DNA of 64,000 nt from Bacteroidales bacterium (GTDB lineage Bacteria; Bacteroidota; Bacteroidia; Bacteroidales; UBA10428), in assembly GCA_035913795.1 (NCBI GenBank), contig JAMIIA010000094.1, forward strand, positions 20,684-84,683. The letters run 5' to 3'. Both the position numbers and the translations under genes were made by a program. The notes beneath the pieces were generated by a model. That model was not told the DNA's origin and did not search any database. It saw nothing but the letters and a program-made list of their open reading frames with translations. Below, piece by piece: positions 10,702 through 20,622 of the stretch; position 1 is the first letter of the stretch, and every line of letters starts with the position of its first letter.

Positions 10702-12051
10702 ATGCAATTTATTCGTTCTTTTCTATTTCGCATCTGCTTGTTGCTTTTTTTTATACCTGATGGTCTATTTGCGCAAAAAGTTACCTTCTCCGATAGCCTT
10801 ATCTGTCCTAAAGATACTGCGCTGGTTACCATAGAACTGGAGGATGCACTATTAGGTTACTTCAAGTATTCTTTCGAGCAGGATACAAGCGAATTAGCAA
10901 TTATTATGGGAAAAAGAAGTTTTAAAGTGCATGAACCAGGCATTTATACTTTTACCGAGTTCGGAATTCTCGATCCTGTTACCTATGAAACTCTGCTAAT
11001 TATAGATACCCTCATCACCCGCAACCTGCAGTTTTACAACCTACCCAATGCCTGGCTAACCGGAGGCGGGACCTATTGCCGCAACGAAGACATTGTTCCG
11101 CTTATGCTTAACTTCAGAGGAGAAGCGAGCTGGCAACTTACCTACCTCCTCAACAATGAGCAATTGATTATACAAGACTTTGAGACTGACCAATATGAAA
11201 TTGCAAAGGACAGTAGCATGCTGGTCGAACTTATTTCGGTAACCGATGCGAATTGTTCGGTAAATAAAAGTGGAACAGGGTTTTTACTTATTCATGAGAT
11301 TCCTGAAGCTAATTTGAGCGGAGATTCTCTTTTCTGCCTGAATGACGAAGCTGTTTTTCAGGCTTCGGCCAATTTACCTTCAAGCTACCTCTGGAGTGAG
11401 CCAGATGCAGCATCCATTGTGCAGGATAATGATTCTTTTGATGCTTCAATCACATTAAAATGGATGCAGGCGGGTACCCATAAACTTTCGCTCACCTTGC
11501 AGGATTCATTGCATGCCTGCAACAGCGATCCAGTAGAAATGAATATTCTGGTTTACGACCTTCCATTGGTAAAAAATAATTACGATACCCTCATCTGTTT
11601 TCCTCCAGGCCAATCCGCCTACTTGCAGCCCTCAGCAGTTTCGGAGAATAATTTATTTTGGCCCGAAACCAATTTCACGGGTTTTTCTCTAGCAATCACC
11701 GAACCTGGTATTTATCGTTACATCGAAACCACACCCTTTGGTTGTTCTAACGAGGGTGAAATTAGGGCACTTGCAGAATGCAAAGCCGTATTGCATGTAC
11801 CGGAAGCATTTACGCCTAACAACGATGGTATTAACGATGAGCTATTACTCTTTGGGCAGTATTTCAATTTAAAGTTGAGAATATATACAGCAACGGGCGA
11901 ATTAATCCAGGAACATTACGGATCAGATCCCTGGAACGGAATGCTGCACGATGCTCCTGCCCCTACGGGAATATATTATTGGAATGCCGAATTTACCGAT
12001 GAGTTGGGAACCACCTACTCGGCCAAAGGACAATTTACATTATTAAGATAG
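10702..12051 (+). CDS. T9SS type-B C-terminal sorting domain protein (gliding-motility-associated CTD), Ig-like repeat surface protein
   Basis: The track ORF starts at 10627. ATG at 10702 gives MQFIRSFLFRICLLLFFIPDGLFAQ (signal peptide). The C-terminus VPEAFTPNNDGINDELLLFG...WNG...APTGIYYW...GQFTLLR matches the type-B/CHU_C sorting domain. Confidence 0.75.
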   Translation: MQFIRSFLFRICLLLFFIPDGLFAQKVTFSDSLICPKDTALVTIELEDALLGYFKYSFEQDTSELAIIMGKRSFKVHEPGIYTFTEFGILDPVTYETLLIIDTLITRNLQFYNLPNAWLTGGGTYCRNEDIVPLMLNFRGEASWQLTYLLNNEQLIIQDFETDQYEIAKDSSMLVELISVTDANCSVNKSGTGFLLIHEIPEANLSGDSLFCLNDEAVFQASANLPSSYLWSEPDAASIVQDNDSFDASITLKWMQAGTHKLSLTLQDSLHACNSDPVEMNILVYDLPLVKNNYDTLICFPPGQSAYLQPSAVSENNLFWPETNFTGFSLAITEPGIYRYIETTPFGCSNEGEIRALAECKAVLHVPEAFTPNNDGINDELLLFGQYFNLKLRIYTATGELIQEHYGSDPWNGMLHDAPAPTGIYYWNAEFTDELGTTYSAKGQFTLLR

Positions 12052-13074
12052 ATGCGTAAAGCATTGTATAGCATATTACTCTTGTGTGTAGCCTTAATGG
12101 TAATGGGTCAGGAAAACCATTTTGCGCAATTCTACTCGGCACCGCAGTACCTGAACCCTGCATTTGCCGGCGATACAGAGCATACACGGGCGGGCACCAA
12201 TTTAAGGTTAATGAGCCCCTCGGATGGAGCGAGGATTTTGAATTCGCTGGTGCATTTCGATTACAAAATGCCCCATCAGCCCAATGGACTTGGTATATTA
12301 GTTTATCAGCATACCGAAGCTTTAACTCATCTTAAACTTCAGATTAATTATTCTCATAGCATTCAATTAAGCGAAAAATCATGGATTAAAGCCGGGCTGG
12401 CTGCTTCTATCAATCAGCGACACACGCCCAGCCAGAGTCTGAAATACCCTGACCAATACAGTAACACTGGCTACACCGGGCAGGCAAGTGCAGAAGCAAA
12501 TCTGAAAGAAAGCTCCTACTTTCCGGCAGTTGCGGCAGGCATAATTTTATACAACCATCAGACATGGATGAGCTTATCGGCTGATTATTTAAATCAGCCT
12601 AAGGAGAACTTTGCCGGATCATCCATTACCTACCCTACAAAACTTTGTTTTATGATGGGGAGTTTAATTCCTGTGAATAAAACAAGCTCAAGGCGACGGA
12701 TCAATAAAATGGGAGATTTAAAACCAATCTCAGGATTAGGTACATTGGCAGGCATTACATGGCAGAATAAATACCTTGAGGCTTCTGCAGGGCTTACCCT
12801 ATATGCCAAACCATTCTTTACCGGCATCAGCTACCGTTACCAGCATAATTTCGCCCTTGAGACTAACCAATATGCCTACAAAGCACTGGTATGGGCCGTG
12901 GGAATAAGGCAATCGGGCTATTCATTCACTTATTCCTACGACCAGCATATAGGGTCATTAACTTCCAATAGTGGCAACGCACATGAGATATCGCTGGTTT
13001 TCTATTTCGATGGAATCCGTCGTGATTCAAAGCCTGTAAAACTGGTACCACTGCCTGCTCAACTTTTTTATTAG
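12052..13074 (+). CDS. PorP/SprF family type IX secretion system membrane protein
   Basis: 340 aa with a signal peptide, then HFAQFYSAPQYLNPAFAG (the family signature QFY..P..LNPA.AG). The ATG directly abuts the stop of the upstream type-B cargo gene. Confidence 0.8.
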   Translation: MRKALYSILLLCVALMVMGQENHFAQFYSAPQYLNPAFAGDTEHTRAGTNLRLMSPSDGARILNSLVHFDYKMPHQPNGLGILVYQHTEALTHLKLQINYSHSIQLSEKSWIKAGLAASINQRHTPSQSLKYPDQYSNTGYTGQASAEANLKESSYFPAVAAGIILYNHQTWMSLSADYLNQPKENFAGSSITYPTKLCFMMGSLIPVNKTSSRRRINKMGDLKPISGLGTLAGITWQNKYLEASAGLTLYAKPFFTGISYRYQHNFALETNQYAYKALVWAVGIRQSGYSFTYSYDQHIGSLTSNSGNAHEISLVFYFDGIRRDSKPVKLVPLPAQLFY

Positions 13075-13121
13075 AACACTACTGAAATTCATTCACTTAG
13101 CATTTGAATTAAAAAAATTGT

Positions 13122-13129
13122 TATATTTG
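13122..13129 (+). promoter_or_regulatory. Bacteroidota sigma-A -7 box (TATATTTG = TAnnTTTG)
   Basis: Exact TAnnTTTG match 56 nt upstream of the ATG at 13185, with TTTG at 13103-13106 as a possible -33 element. Confidence 0.35.
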
Positions 13130-13184
13130 CAACTAGTCTCAAAGCTCTTTCCCACAAGTCTTTTATTATAAAAATAAAACAAGT

Positions 13185-14021
13185 ATGATAATTAATGGTG
13201 TTAGCTGTGTGCCCATGTCTGGGTTTTCGCGCTATATGATAAGCCAGGATGGACGGATTTATCGGGTAGTTCCTATTAGCAAAAATGAAGAAAAATGGCT
13301 TGCTGCCAATCCCGATGCCCAATACCTAAAGGAAAGTAAAGTTCAAAAATACAAAACAAAGCAACAAGGTCGCTGGACCCAGGTTGGACTCATAAACGAC
13401 AAGGGAAAATTTACCACTGCCTCTGTAGAAAAGTTGCTGTGTACAAGCTATGGTTTATGGCCTTCGAAAAGAAAAAAGTTCAGTATTGAATGGAAGGATA
13501 ATAACCCGGAGAACATGCACATCAATAACCTGCGACTGTGCGAAAGCAAGCCGCGGAACGCCAAGCTTACACTGGATGATGTGAAACAGATTAAGCAGTT
13601 GCTGGCCGAAAACAAACCGCTAAGGCATATTGCAAATACGTTTGGCGTAAGCGACATGCAGATATCGCGTATAAAATCGGGCGAAAACTGGCACAAAGGT
13701 GGCAGGACAATACCTATTCCTGAAGCTCCTTTCGAGGTAGCAGCAGGACGAATGAGACGTTTTGTAAGTAGTTTTGAGTTTAAAAAAGTAGACAACACCC
13801 TGCGCAAACCTTTTAGTCTTAAAAAAATAAATACCAAAGGTGACCTGAAAATATCGGGAATAATCAACGGTTACCACCTATCGAAAAAACACAAAAACAT
13901 TACACGCGCCAGAACGCTGGTTTACAAGCTGAACGTCTTTTTCTTCAGCAAAGATATTGCAGACAAAATGAACCTTAAATCAAATTTTTTGGCTGCAAAG
14001 GAACCTCTGGAGATATTGTAG
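13185..14021 (+). CDS. NUMOD4 / HNH_3-like homing-endonuclease-related DNA-binding protein (catalytic His apparently missing)
   Basis: 278 aa. N-terminus CVPMSGFSRYMISQDGRIYRV is NUMOD4-like. IEWKDNNPENMHINNLRL resembles HNH_3 (H.dg...NN...NLr) but has W where the first His is expected. LTLDDVKQIKQLLAENKPLRHIANTFGVSDMQISRIKSGENW is an HTH segment of the kind found in phage HNH proteins. Confidence 0.5.
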   Translation: MIINGVSCVPMSGFSRYMISQDGRIYRVVPISKNEEKWLAANPDAQYLKESKVQKYKTKQQGRWTQVGLINDKGKFTTASVEKLLCTSYGLWPSKRKKFSIEWKDNNPENMHINNLRLCESKPRNAKLTLDDVKQIKQLLAENKPLRHIANTFGVSDMQISRIKSGENWHKGGRTIPIPEAPFEVAAGRMRRFVSSFEFKKVDNTLRKPFSLKKINTKGDLKISGIINGYHLSKKHKNITRARTLVYKLNVFFFSKDIADKMNLKSNFLAAKEPLEIL

Positions 14022-14078
14022 AAATCAGACTCCAACGCGAGATACAAACACAAAACTTGCCGAACAAAAAAGTTGAAC

Positions 14079-14780
14079 TTAGAATCTGATCCGGTAATGC
14101 CCTGGGGTTAGAAGTTCCCCTTTTAACACAATTCCCAGTTCAAATAAATCGATCGAAACTAATTGACTGGCAACCGCCTTTTGCCAGGCTTTGCGCATAG
14201 CATTTGTTCGATAGATTCCTTCCATTACAATAAATCCCTTTTCCACCTTGCTATCGGCAAAAGCCAGGTGAGAAATTATTTTTTCCGGATTATTGCTACA
14301 AGGCAAAAAAACCAAATCTGCACTTGGAATCAAAGGAAAACCTGAGTTTGAAATGCCATCAGGGACTAATCGTTTTAGTGCTGTATTGGTATTTTGTAAA
14401 CCCATTTCAGGCACCACACATAAGCTTTTATTGATAAGCCTGTACAAGGTAATTCGATTAATGTCTGCTGATAACGCATTCGAGACCTGGCAAGCACTTT
14501 CATTGAGGTCAACTACAATGGCTGGTTGATAAAATTGTACCATTCGGTAAAGTACTTTCAAATACTTGTCCGGAAACGTCTTACGAACCTGAGCCTGATT
14601 GCCCGTGAACAAACCCTCGGGTATACTTCCTGAATTTGCTTTGCCAAACAAAACCTTTTCGACAAACTCATACACAGCAGGAGAATGTATGCCATGGCCT
14701 TTATAGTAACCCGCCCTTAAGGCATGCCTAAGGCGGAAACCAAAAACAATTAATCTGTTTATTATTCGCGACATCATCAC
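14079..14780 (-). CDS. Hypothetical protein, class I SAM-methyltransferase-like fold with a degenerate SAM motif
   Basis: 233 aa. GHGIHSPAVYEFV near the N-terminus and IVMEGIYRTNAMRKAW...SIDLFELGIVL...HYRIRF at the C-terminus resemble a Bacteroidota methyltransferase-like family as I remember it. The expected ELG.s.G motif reads VDLNESAC. Confidence 0.4.
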   Translation of the reverse strand: MMMSRIINRLIVFGFRLRHALRAGYYKGHGIHSPAVYEFVEKVLFGKANSGSIPEGLFTGNQAQVRKTFPDKYLKVLYRMVQFYQPAIVVDLNESACQVSNALSADINRITLYRLINKSLCVVPEMGLQNTNTALKRLVPDGISNSGFPLIPSADLVFLPCSNNPEKIISHLAFADSKVEKGFIVMEGIYRTNAMRKAWQKAVASQLVSIDLFELGIVLKGELLTPGHYRIRF

Positions 14781-14847
14781 TGTTCAAAGATACAGTTTTA
14801 ACATTGAGTATTTATTTCGATATTTATTGCTCAAATTCACTAATCAA

Positions 14848-16953
14848 ATGCCGGCATTCCTCGATACCGAAATTAAATATTTAAAAGGCGTGGGGCCTAA
14901 AAGAGCCGAATTACTGGAGATTGAACTGGGTGTGAGAACAATCGCCGACCTGCTCTACAATTTTCCATTCAAATACATCGACCGGTCGAGGTTTTATACC
15001 ATACAGGAACTTAATGATTCCAGTGCCCATGTGCAAATAAGAGGTACCATCCGGCATTTTAAAACAGAAGGAGGCAAATACCATAAGCGTCTGGTAGCAA
15101 GTTTCTACGATACAACCGGAGAGCTTGATCTGGTTTGGTTTCAGGGGCATAGTTGGGTGTTAAAAAGCTTGAATCCGGGAGCAGAATATGTTGTTTTTGG
15201 CAAGCCTGCTCTCTTCCAAAGGCGATTAACAATAGCGCATCCCGAGATAGAGCCGGTGGCTAAATATTCCGAAGGAAATCAATCACCATTTATACCTCAA
15301 TACCGCACCAGCGAAAAGCTTAAAACCAGTTACCTTAATTCGAAAGCGATACAAAACCTTGTGCAAACTGTTTTCTCTCTGCCAAATTTCGATGTAAAGG
15401 AAACTCTTCCTGAATATTTTGTGCAGCAACATCGTCTTATGAATCTCGGAAAAGCATTAAGGGTATTGCACTTTCCTGACAATACCCGTGAGCTGCAACA
15501 GGCCGAATACCGGATTAAATTCGAAGAACTGTTTTATATCCAGCTTAATATTCTAAAACTAAAAACGGGGCGCGACATCAGTTTAAAAGGCTTTGTTTTT
15601 AAACAGGTTGGCGATTTTTTTAATCGCTTCTACAACGAAAAATTACCCTTTCAGCTTACAGGGGCACAAAAAAGAGTATTAAAGGAGATTCGTCACGACA
15701 CCAACACCGGAAAGCAGATGAACAGGCTTATACAGGGCGATGTGGGAAGTGGGAAAACGCTTGTTGCCCTTATGAGTATGTTGCTTGCCATCGACAATGG
15801 TTTTCAGGCCTGCCTGATGGCCCCAACCGAAATCTTGGCCAATCAACATCTGCACACGCTGCAGAAGCTTACCGATGGACTTGGAATTCACATTGAACTG
15901 CTCACCGGTTCCACAAAAAAGAAAAAAAGAGAAACTATTCTTGCCGAATTATCCAACGGCAGACTGCACATTGTAATTGGCACGCATGCGCTCATCGAAG
16001 ACCCGGTAATTTTTAGCAACCTGGGTCTTGTGGTAATAGACGAGCAACACCGCTTTGGAGTGGAACAAAGAGCCCGTCTATGGCAAAAGAATGAAAAAGT
16101 GCCCCATGTGCTGGTGATGACAGCAACTCCTATACCACGCACATTGGCCATGACCCTTTATGGCGACCTGGATGTATCGGTGATTGATGAGTTGCCTCCG
16201 GGCCGCAAACCTATTTCAACTTATCACTATTTCGATACCAAACGCCTTAGCATGTTGGGTTTTCTGAGAGAACAGATTGACCGTGGAAGACAAGCCTACA
16301 TCGTGTATCCACTTATCAAGGAATCGGAAACCCTCGACCTGAAAGATCTTCAAATGGGCTTTGATGGCGTGGTGCAGGTTTTTCCAGCACCTCAATACAA
16401 TGTGATTTGTGTGCACGGAAAAATGAAGCCTCAGGAAAAAGAGAATGCCATGAAAGCTTTTAAAGAGAGCCAGGCACATATTCTTATGGCTACCACTGTA
16501 ATAGAAGTTGGAGTGGATGTACCCAATGCCTCTGTAATGGTAATTGAAAGTGCCGAAAGGTTTGGCCTCTCTCAGCTGCATCAATTGCGCGGAAGGGTTG
16601 GAAGAGGCTCAGACCAGAGCTATTGCCTTCTGATGAGCTCGCACAAGCTTACACACGAAGCCCGCAAAAGACTTGAGGTAATGACAGCCACCAACGATGG
16701 GTTTGAAATTGCCGAGGCAGATCTGAAGCTCCGCGGACCCGGCGATCTGGAAGGTACACAACAAAGCGGCCTGCCCTTTAACCTCCGCAAGGCTAATCTG
16801 GCCCACGATGGCAGACTCCTGCAAATGGTAAGAGACCTTGCCCATGACCTGCTCGACGAGGACCCTTTGCTCAACGATGAAAAAAACAAAGTTTTAAAAG
16901 AAACCCTCCGAAAACTACGAACCACCCCAACCGACTGGAGCCTTATTTCTTAA
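14848..16953 (+). CDS. recG: ATP-dependent DNA helicase RecG
   Basis: The track ORF starts at TTG 14827. ATG at 14848 gives MPAFLDTEIKYLKGVGPKRAELL. Motifs GDVGSGKT, VIDEQHRFGV, TATPIPRT and QLHQLRGRVGRG. Confidence 0.92.
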   Translation: MPAFLDTEIKYLKGVGPKRAELLEIELGVRTIADLLYNFPFKYIDRSRFYTIQELNDSSAHVQIRGTIRHFKTEGGKYHKRLVASFYDTTGELDLVWFQGHSWVLKSLNPGAEYVVFGKPALFQRRLTIAHPEIEPVAKYSEGNQSPFIPQYRTSEKLKTSYLNSKAIQNLVQTVFSLPNFDVKETLPEYFVQQHRLMNLGKALRVLHFPDNTRELQQAEYRIKFEELFYIQLNILKLKTGRDISLKGFVFKQVGDFFNRFYNEKLPFQLTGAQKRVLKEIRHDTNTGKQMNRLIQGDVGSGKTLVALMSMLLAIDNGFQACLMAPTEILANQHLHTLQKLTDGLGIHIELLTGSTKKKKRETILAELSNGRLHIVIGTHALIEDPVIFSNLGLVVIDEQHRFGVEQRARLWQKNEKVPHVLVMTATPIPRTLAMTLYGDLDVSVIDELPPGRKPISTYHYFDTKRLSMLGFLREQIDRGRQAYIVYPLIKESETLDLKDLQMGFDGVVQVFPAPQYNVICVHGKMKPQEKENAMKAFKESQAHILMATTVIEVGVDVPNASVMVIESAERFGLSQLHQLRGRVGRGSDQSYCLLMSSHKLTHEARKRLEVMTATNDGFEIAEADLKLRGPGDLEGTQQSGLPFNLRKANLAHDGRLLQMVRDLAHDLLDEDPLLNDEKNKVLKETLRKLRTTPTDWSLIS

Positions 16954-17113
16954 ACCCATTGGGGTATGAACCAAAAGGCATAAACCAAATTCATCAAATT
17001 GTTCTTCTCAAACCATGCATTGTTAACAACTTGTTTTTACTTTAAAACACTATGCACGTAAATTGAAATGCAAGTATTGCTTATGTAGCAATCAGACACA
17101 AAAAATTATTCCT

Positions 17114-19132
17114 ATGAGATCAACAATAAAGATAAGCATGCTGGTAAGCTTGTTCTTACTGAATATAAATTCTATCGCAGCTATCGAGAATAAACTACCC
17201 GCATTTACCGAATTAAGCAAGAGCGAACAAGATTCGATGCGACACTATTTCGAAATCTATCTTCAGTACCTCGACCGCCAGCCGGCATTAAGCGAAAGCA
17301 TGGCTCAGAAAATGATTGCCCTGGGTGACGAAACATCCGATGAAACACTCCTGGCCTTTGGATATCTGAACAGTGGTGTGGCACTCACCAATATGCACAA
17401 TTATTCCGAGGCTTCCATGAACTTGAGTTTGGCTATCGAAAAATACAAAAAATTAAATCTCGAACGAGAATTGGCACATGCGCATAACATGAAATCGCTG
17501 GTATTTAAATCGCAGTCAAAATTTGACGATGCTACCAGTTTAGTGCAGGAAGCCTTAAGAATTTACCAGTCCTTGTCGGACAAACAAGGAATTTCTGATT
17601 GCTTGCACTATCTGGGAGGTATTGCCTGGCAACAAGGAAAAAATACCGAAGCGCTTAAATATTATCAGCAAGCACTTGAGCTTCGAAAACAATACAGTAA
17701 CTGGGGCGATATGGCAGCCACACTTAAAAACCTAGCCCTGGTTTACATCGACCTTGCCGAATATACTCAATCGAAAGACCACCTGAACAGGGCTCTGGAT
17801 ATCTATAAAATAAACTACGACACCCTAAACATTGCCAACACCCTCAATTTAATAGGTTCTGCCTATTGGCGTAACAACCAATACGATAAAGCCTTAGACT
17901 ATTACAAACAAGCCTATGCCCTAAGAATGCTCTATGGTAATCCTGAAGAACTTGCCAAGTCCACAGAGAATATAGCCAATGCATACAAAAATCTTGGAAA
18001 AACCGATAGCGCGCATGTGTATTACGTGCTCAGTCTCGATGCATACAAAGCCCTTGGGTATCCTGAACAAACGGCTTCTATCTACAATAAACTGGGCAGC
18101 CTTTACCTGGGTATCAACGATTTTTCTACTGCATTTAATTTTTACAACGATGCACTTTCCCTCAAGTCAAGCGCCGGAAATTCCACTGTGTTCATCGAAA
18201 CATATAAAAACATTGGCAATATCTATTCGTCTGCCGGCATGTACCAGAAAGCACTCGATGTATACCTCAATGCGCTGGAAATGGAAAAAAACATCGGCAA
18301 CGATATCAAAGTAGCCTATACGCTCGACCTGATCGGATCATTGTACAAAAACTCGAAAGACTATACCAAGGCGCTCGAATATTATAACCAGAGCCTGCAA
18401 TTGAGTAAAACAGCCGGAAATAAAAAACAAACCTCTATTAATCTGAATAACATCGGAAGCCTTTACCTCGAGCAAAAAAACTATGAAAAAGCGCTTAGTT
18501 ACTACAACCAATCGCTCAAAATAGGGGAAGAATTGAATGATAAATGGAGAATTGCCAACCAATTAAATAATATCGGCAATATTCATATCGAGAGGAAAGA
18601 AATGGCAAGCGCCAAAGAACATTTTTCAAAGGCACTTGCACTCAACAAAGAAATTAAAAACCGCTTTGGCGAGGCTTTGTGTGCACGTAAGCTGGGCGAA
18701 ATATACCTGTTGCAAAACAACTTGTCGCAGGCTTTAGGTCTGTTCGAATCTTCGCTTAAAATCGGAGTTGAGCTGAACCATAAGATACTTCAGCAATATG
18801 CTTATGAAAACCTTTATAAGTATTACGAAAAAACAGGCGACAGTAAAAATGCCCTGAAAAATTATGTGAAGTTCTCGCAAATCAATATCCAATTGCTGGA
18901 AGAAAACAACAACAAACATTTTTACGAACTGCAATTACGCAACGAAATAGAAAAGCGGGAACAAAGTCTGGCCTGGTACGAGAAAGAACTTCAAACTGCA
19001 AAAGAACAAATTGCAATGCTACAGCAAGCGTCAGAGGCAAAAAGTAAGAGATTAGTTTGGGTATACATCCTTTTAGGTGCAATGGCAATTACTTTGTTTG
19101 GCTTTAAACTTTTTAATCGCAAAAAAAAATAA
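17114..19132 (+). CDS. Tetratricopeptide-repeat protein with C-terminal coiled coil and a single TM anchor
   Basis: ATG at 17114 gives MRSTIKISMLVSLFLLNINSIAA (signal or anchor). About 12 TPR-like units (A..Y..AL.....g) follow, then a coiled coil, the hydrophobic helix LVWVYILLGAMAITLFGFKLF, and the end NRKKK. Confidence 0.75.
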   Translation: MRSTIKISMLVSLFLLNINSIAAIENKLPAFTELSKSEQDSMRHYFEIYLQYLDRQPALSESMAQKMIALGDETSDETLLAFGYLNSGVALTNMHNYSEASMNLSLAIEKYKKLNLERELAHAHNMKSLVFKSQSKFDDATSLVQEALRIYQSLSDKQGISDCLHYLGGIAWQQGKNTEALKYYQQALELRKQYSNWGDMAATLKNLALVYIDLAEYTQSKDHLNRALDIYKINYDTLNIANTLNLIGSAYWRNNQYDKALDYYKQAYALRMLYGNPEELAKSTENIANAYKNLGKTDSAHVYYVLSLDAYKALGYPEQTASIYNKLGSLYLGINDFSTAFNFYNDALSLKSSAGNSTVFIETYKNIGNIYSSAGMYQKALDVYLNALEMEKNIGNDIKVAYTLDLIGSLYKNSKDYTKALEYYNQSLQLSKTAGNKKQTSINLNNIGSLYLEQKNYEKALSYYNQSLKIGEELNDKWRIANQLNNIGNIHIERKEMASAKEHFSKALALNKEIKNRFGEALCARKLGEIYLLQNNLSQALGLFESSLKIGVELNHKILQQYAYENLYKYYEKTGDSKNALKNYVKFSQINIQLLEENNNKHFYELQLRNEIEKREQSLAWYEKELQTAKEQIAMLQQASEAKSKRLVWVYILLGAMAITLFGFKLFNRKKK

Positions 19133-19150
19133 TACCTGTTGTTCTAAACG

Positions 19151-19190
19151 AAAAAGCCTGCAGCATATTTGCCGCAGGCTTTTTCGTTTT
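19151..19190. terminator. Bidirectional intrinsic terminator (TPR gene / glyA)
   Basis: A5 tract, stem GCCTGC (19156-19161) / GCAGGC (19174-19179), then TTTTTCGTTTT. Confidence 0.8.
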
Positions 19191-19203
19191 ATGTCAACAA
19201 TTT

Positions 19204-20484
<1,281 letters not shown>

Positions 20485-20622
20485 CGAATAGTATTTTAAA
20501 TTGAAATATTAGGGTGTAAAAATACATTTTTGAATCAGCATTTAAAAGCTGAATTTTTCTTTTAAGCAAAGAATAAATTTTCCTGCATGCACTTAACCTA
20601 CATTAAAAGGGCAACCTCAGAA

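Noticed and set aside
13448-13877. 139-aa and 85-aa ORFs antisense to the HNH-like gene.
   Set aside because: The plus-strand frame is longer, has recognisable NUMOD4/HNH/HTH motifs and has its own -7 box. The antisense frames have no features.
13185-14780. The HNH-like gene plus the methyltransferase-like gene as a restriction-modification or other defence pair.
   Set aside because: The genes are convergent, not co-transcribed. Both appear to lack key catalytic motifs (the His of HNH, the GxG of the SAM site). The methyltransferase-like family looks like a small-molecule or housekeeping type rather than a DNA methyltransferase. No specificity or helicase partner is present.
20540-20575. Hairpin TCAGC-N8-GCTGA between the ClC operon end and the glyA start as a terminator.
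   Set aside because: The stem is only 5 bp. On the relevant minus strand it is followed by TTCAAAAATG rather than a T-run, and the T-run lies on the wrong (plus) strand.
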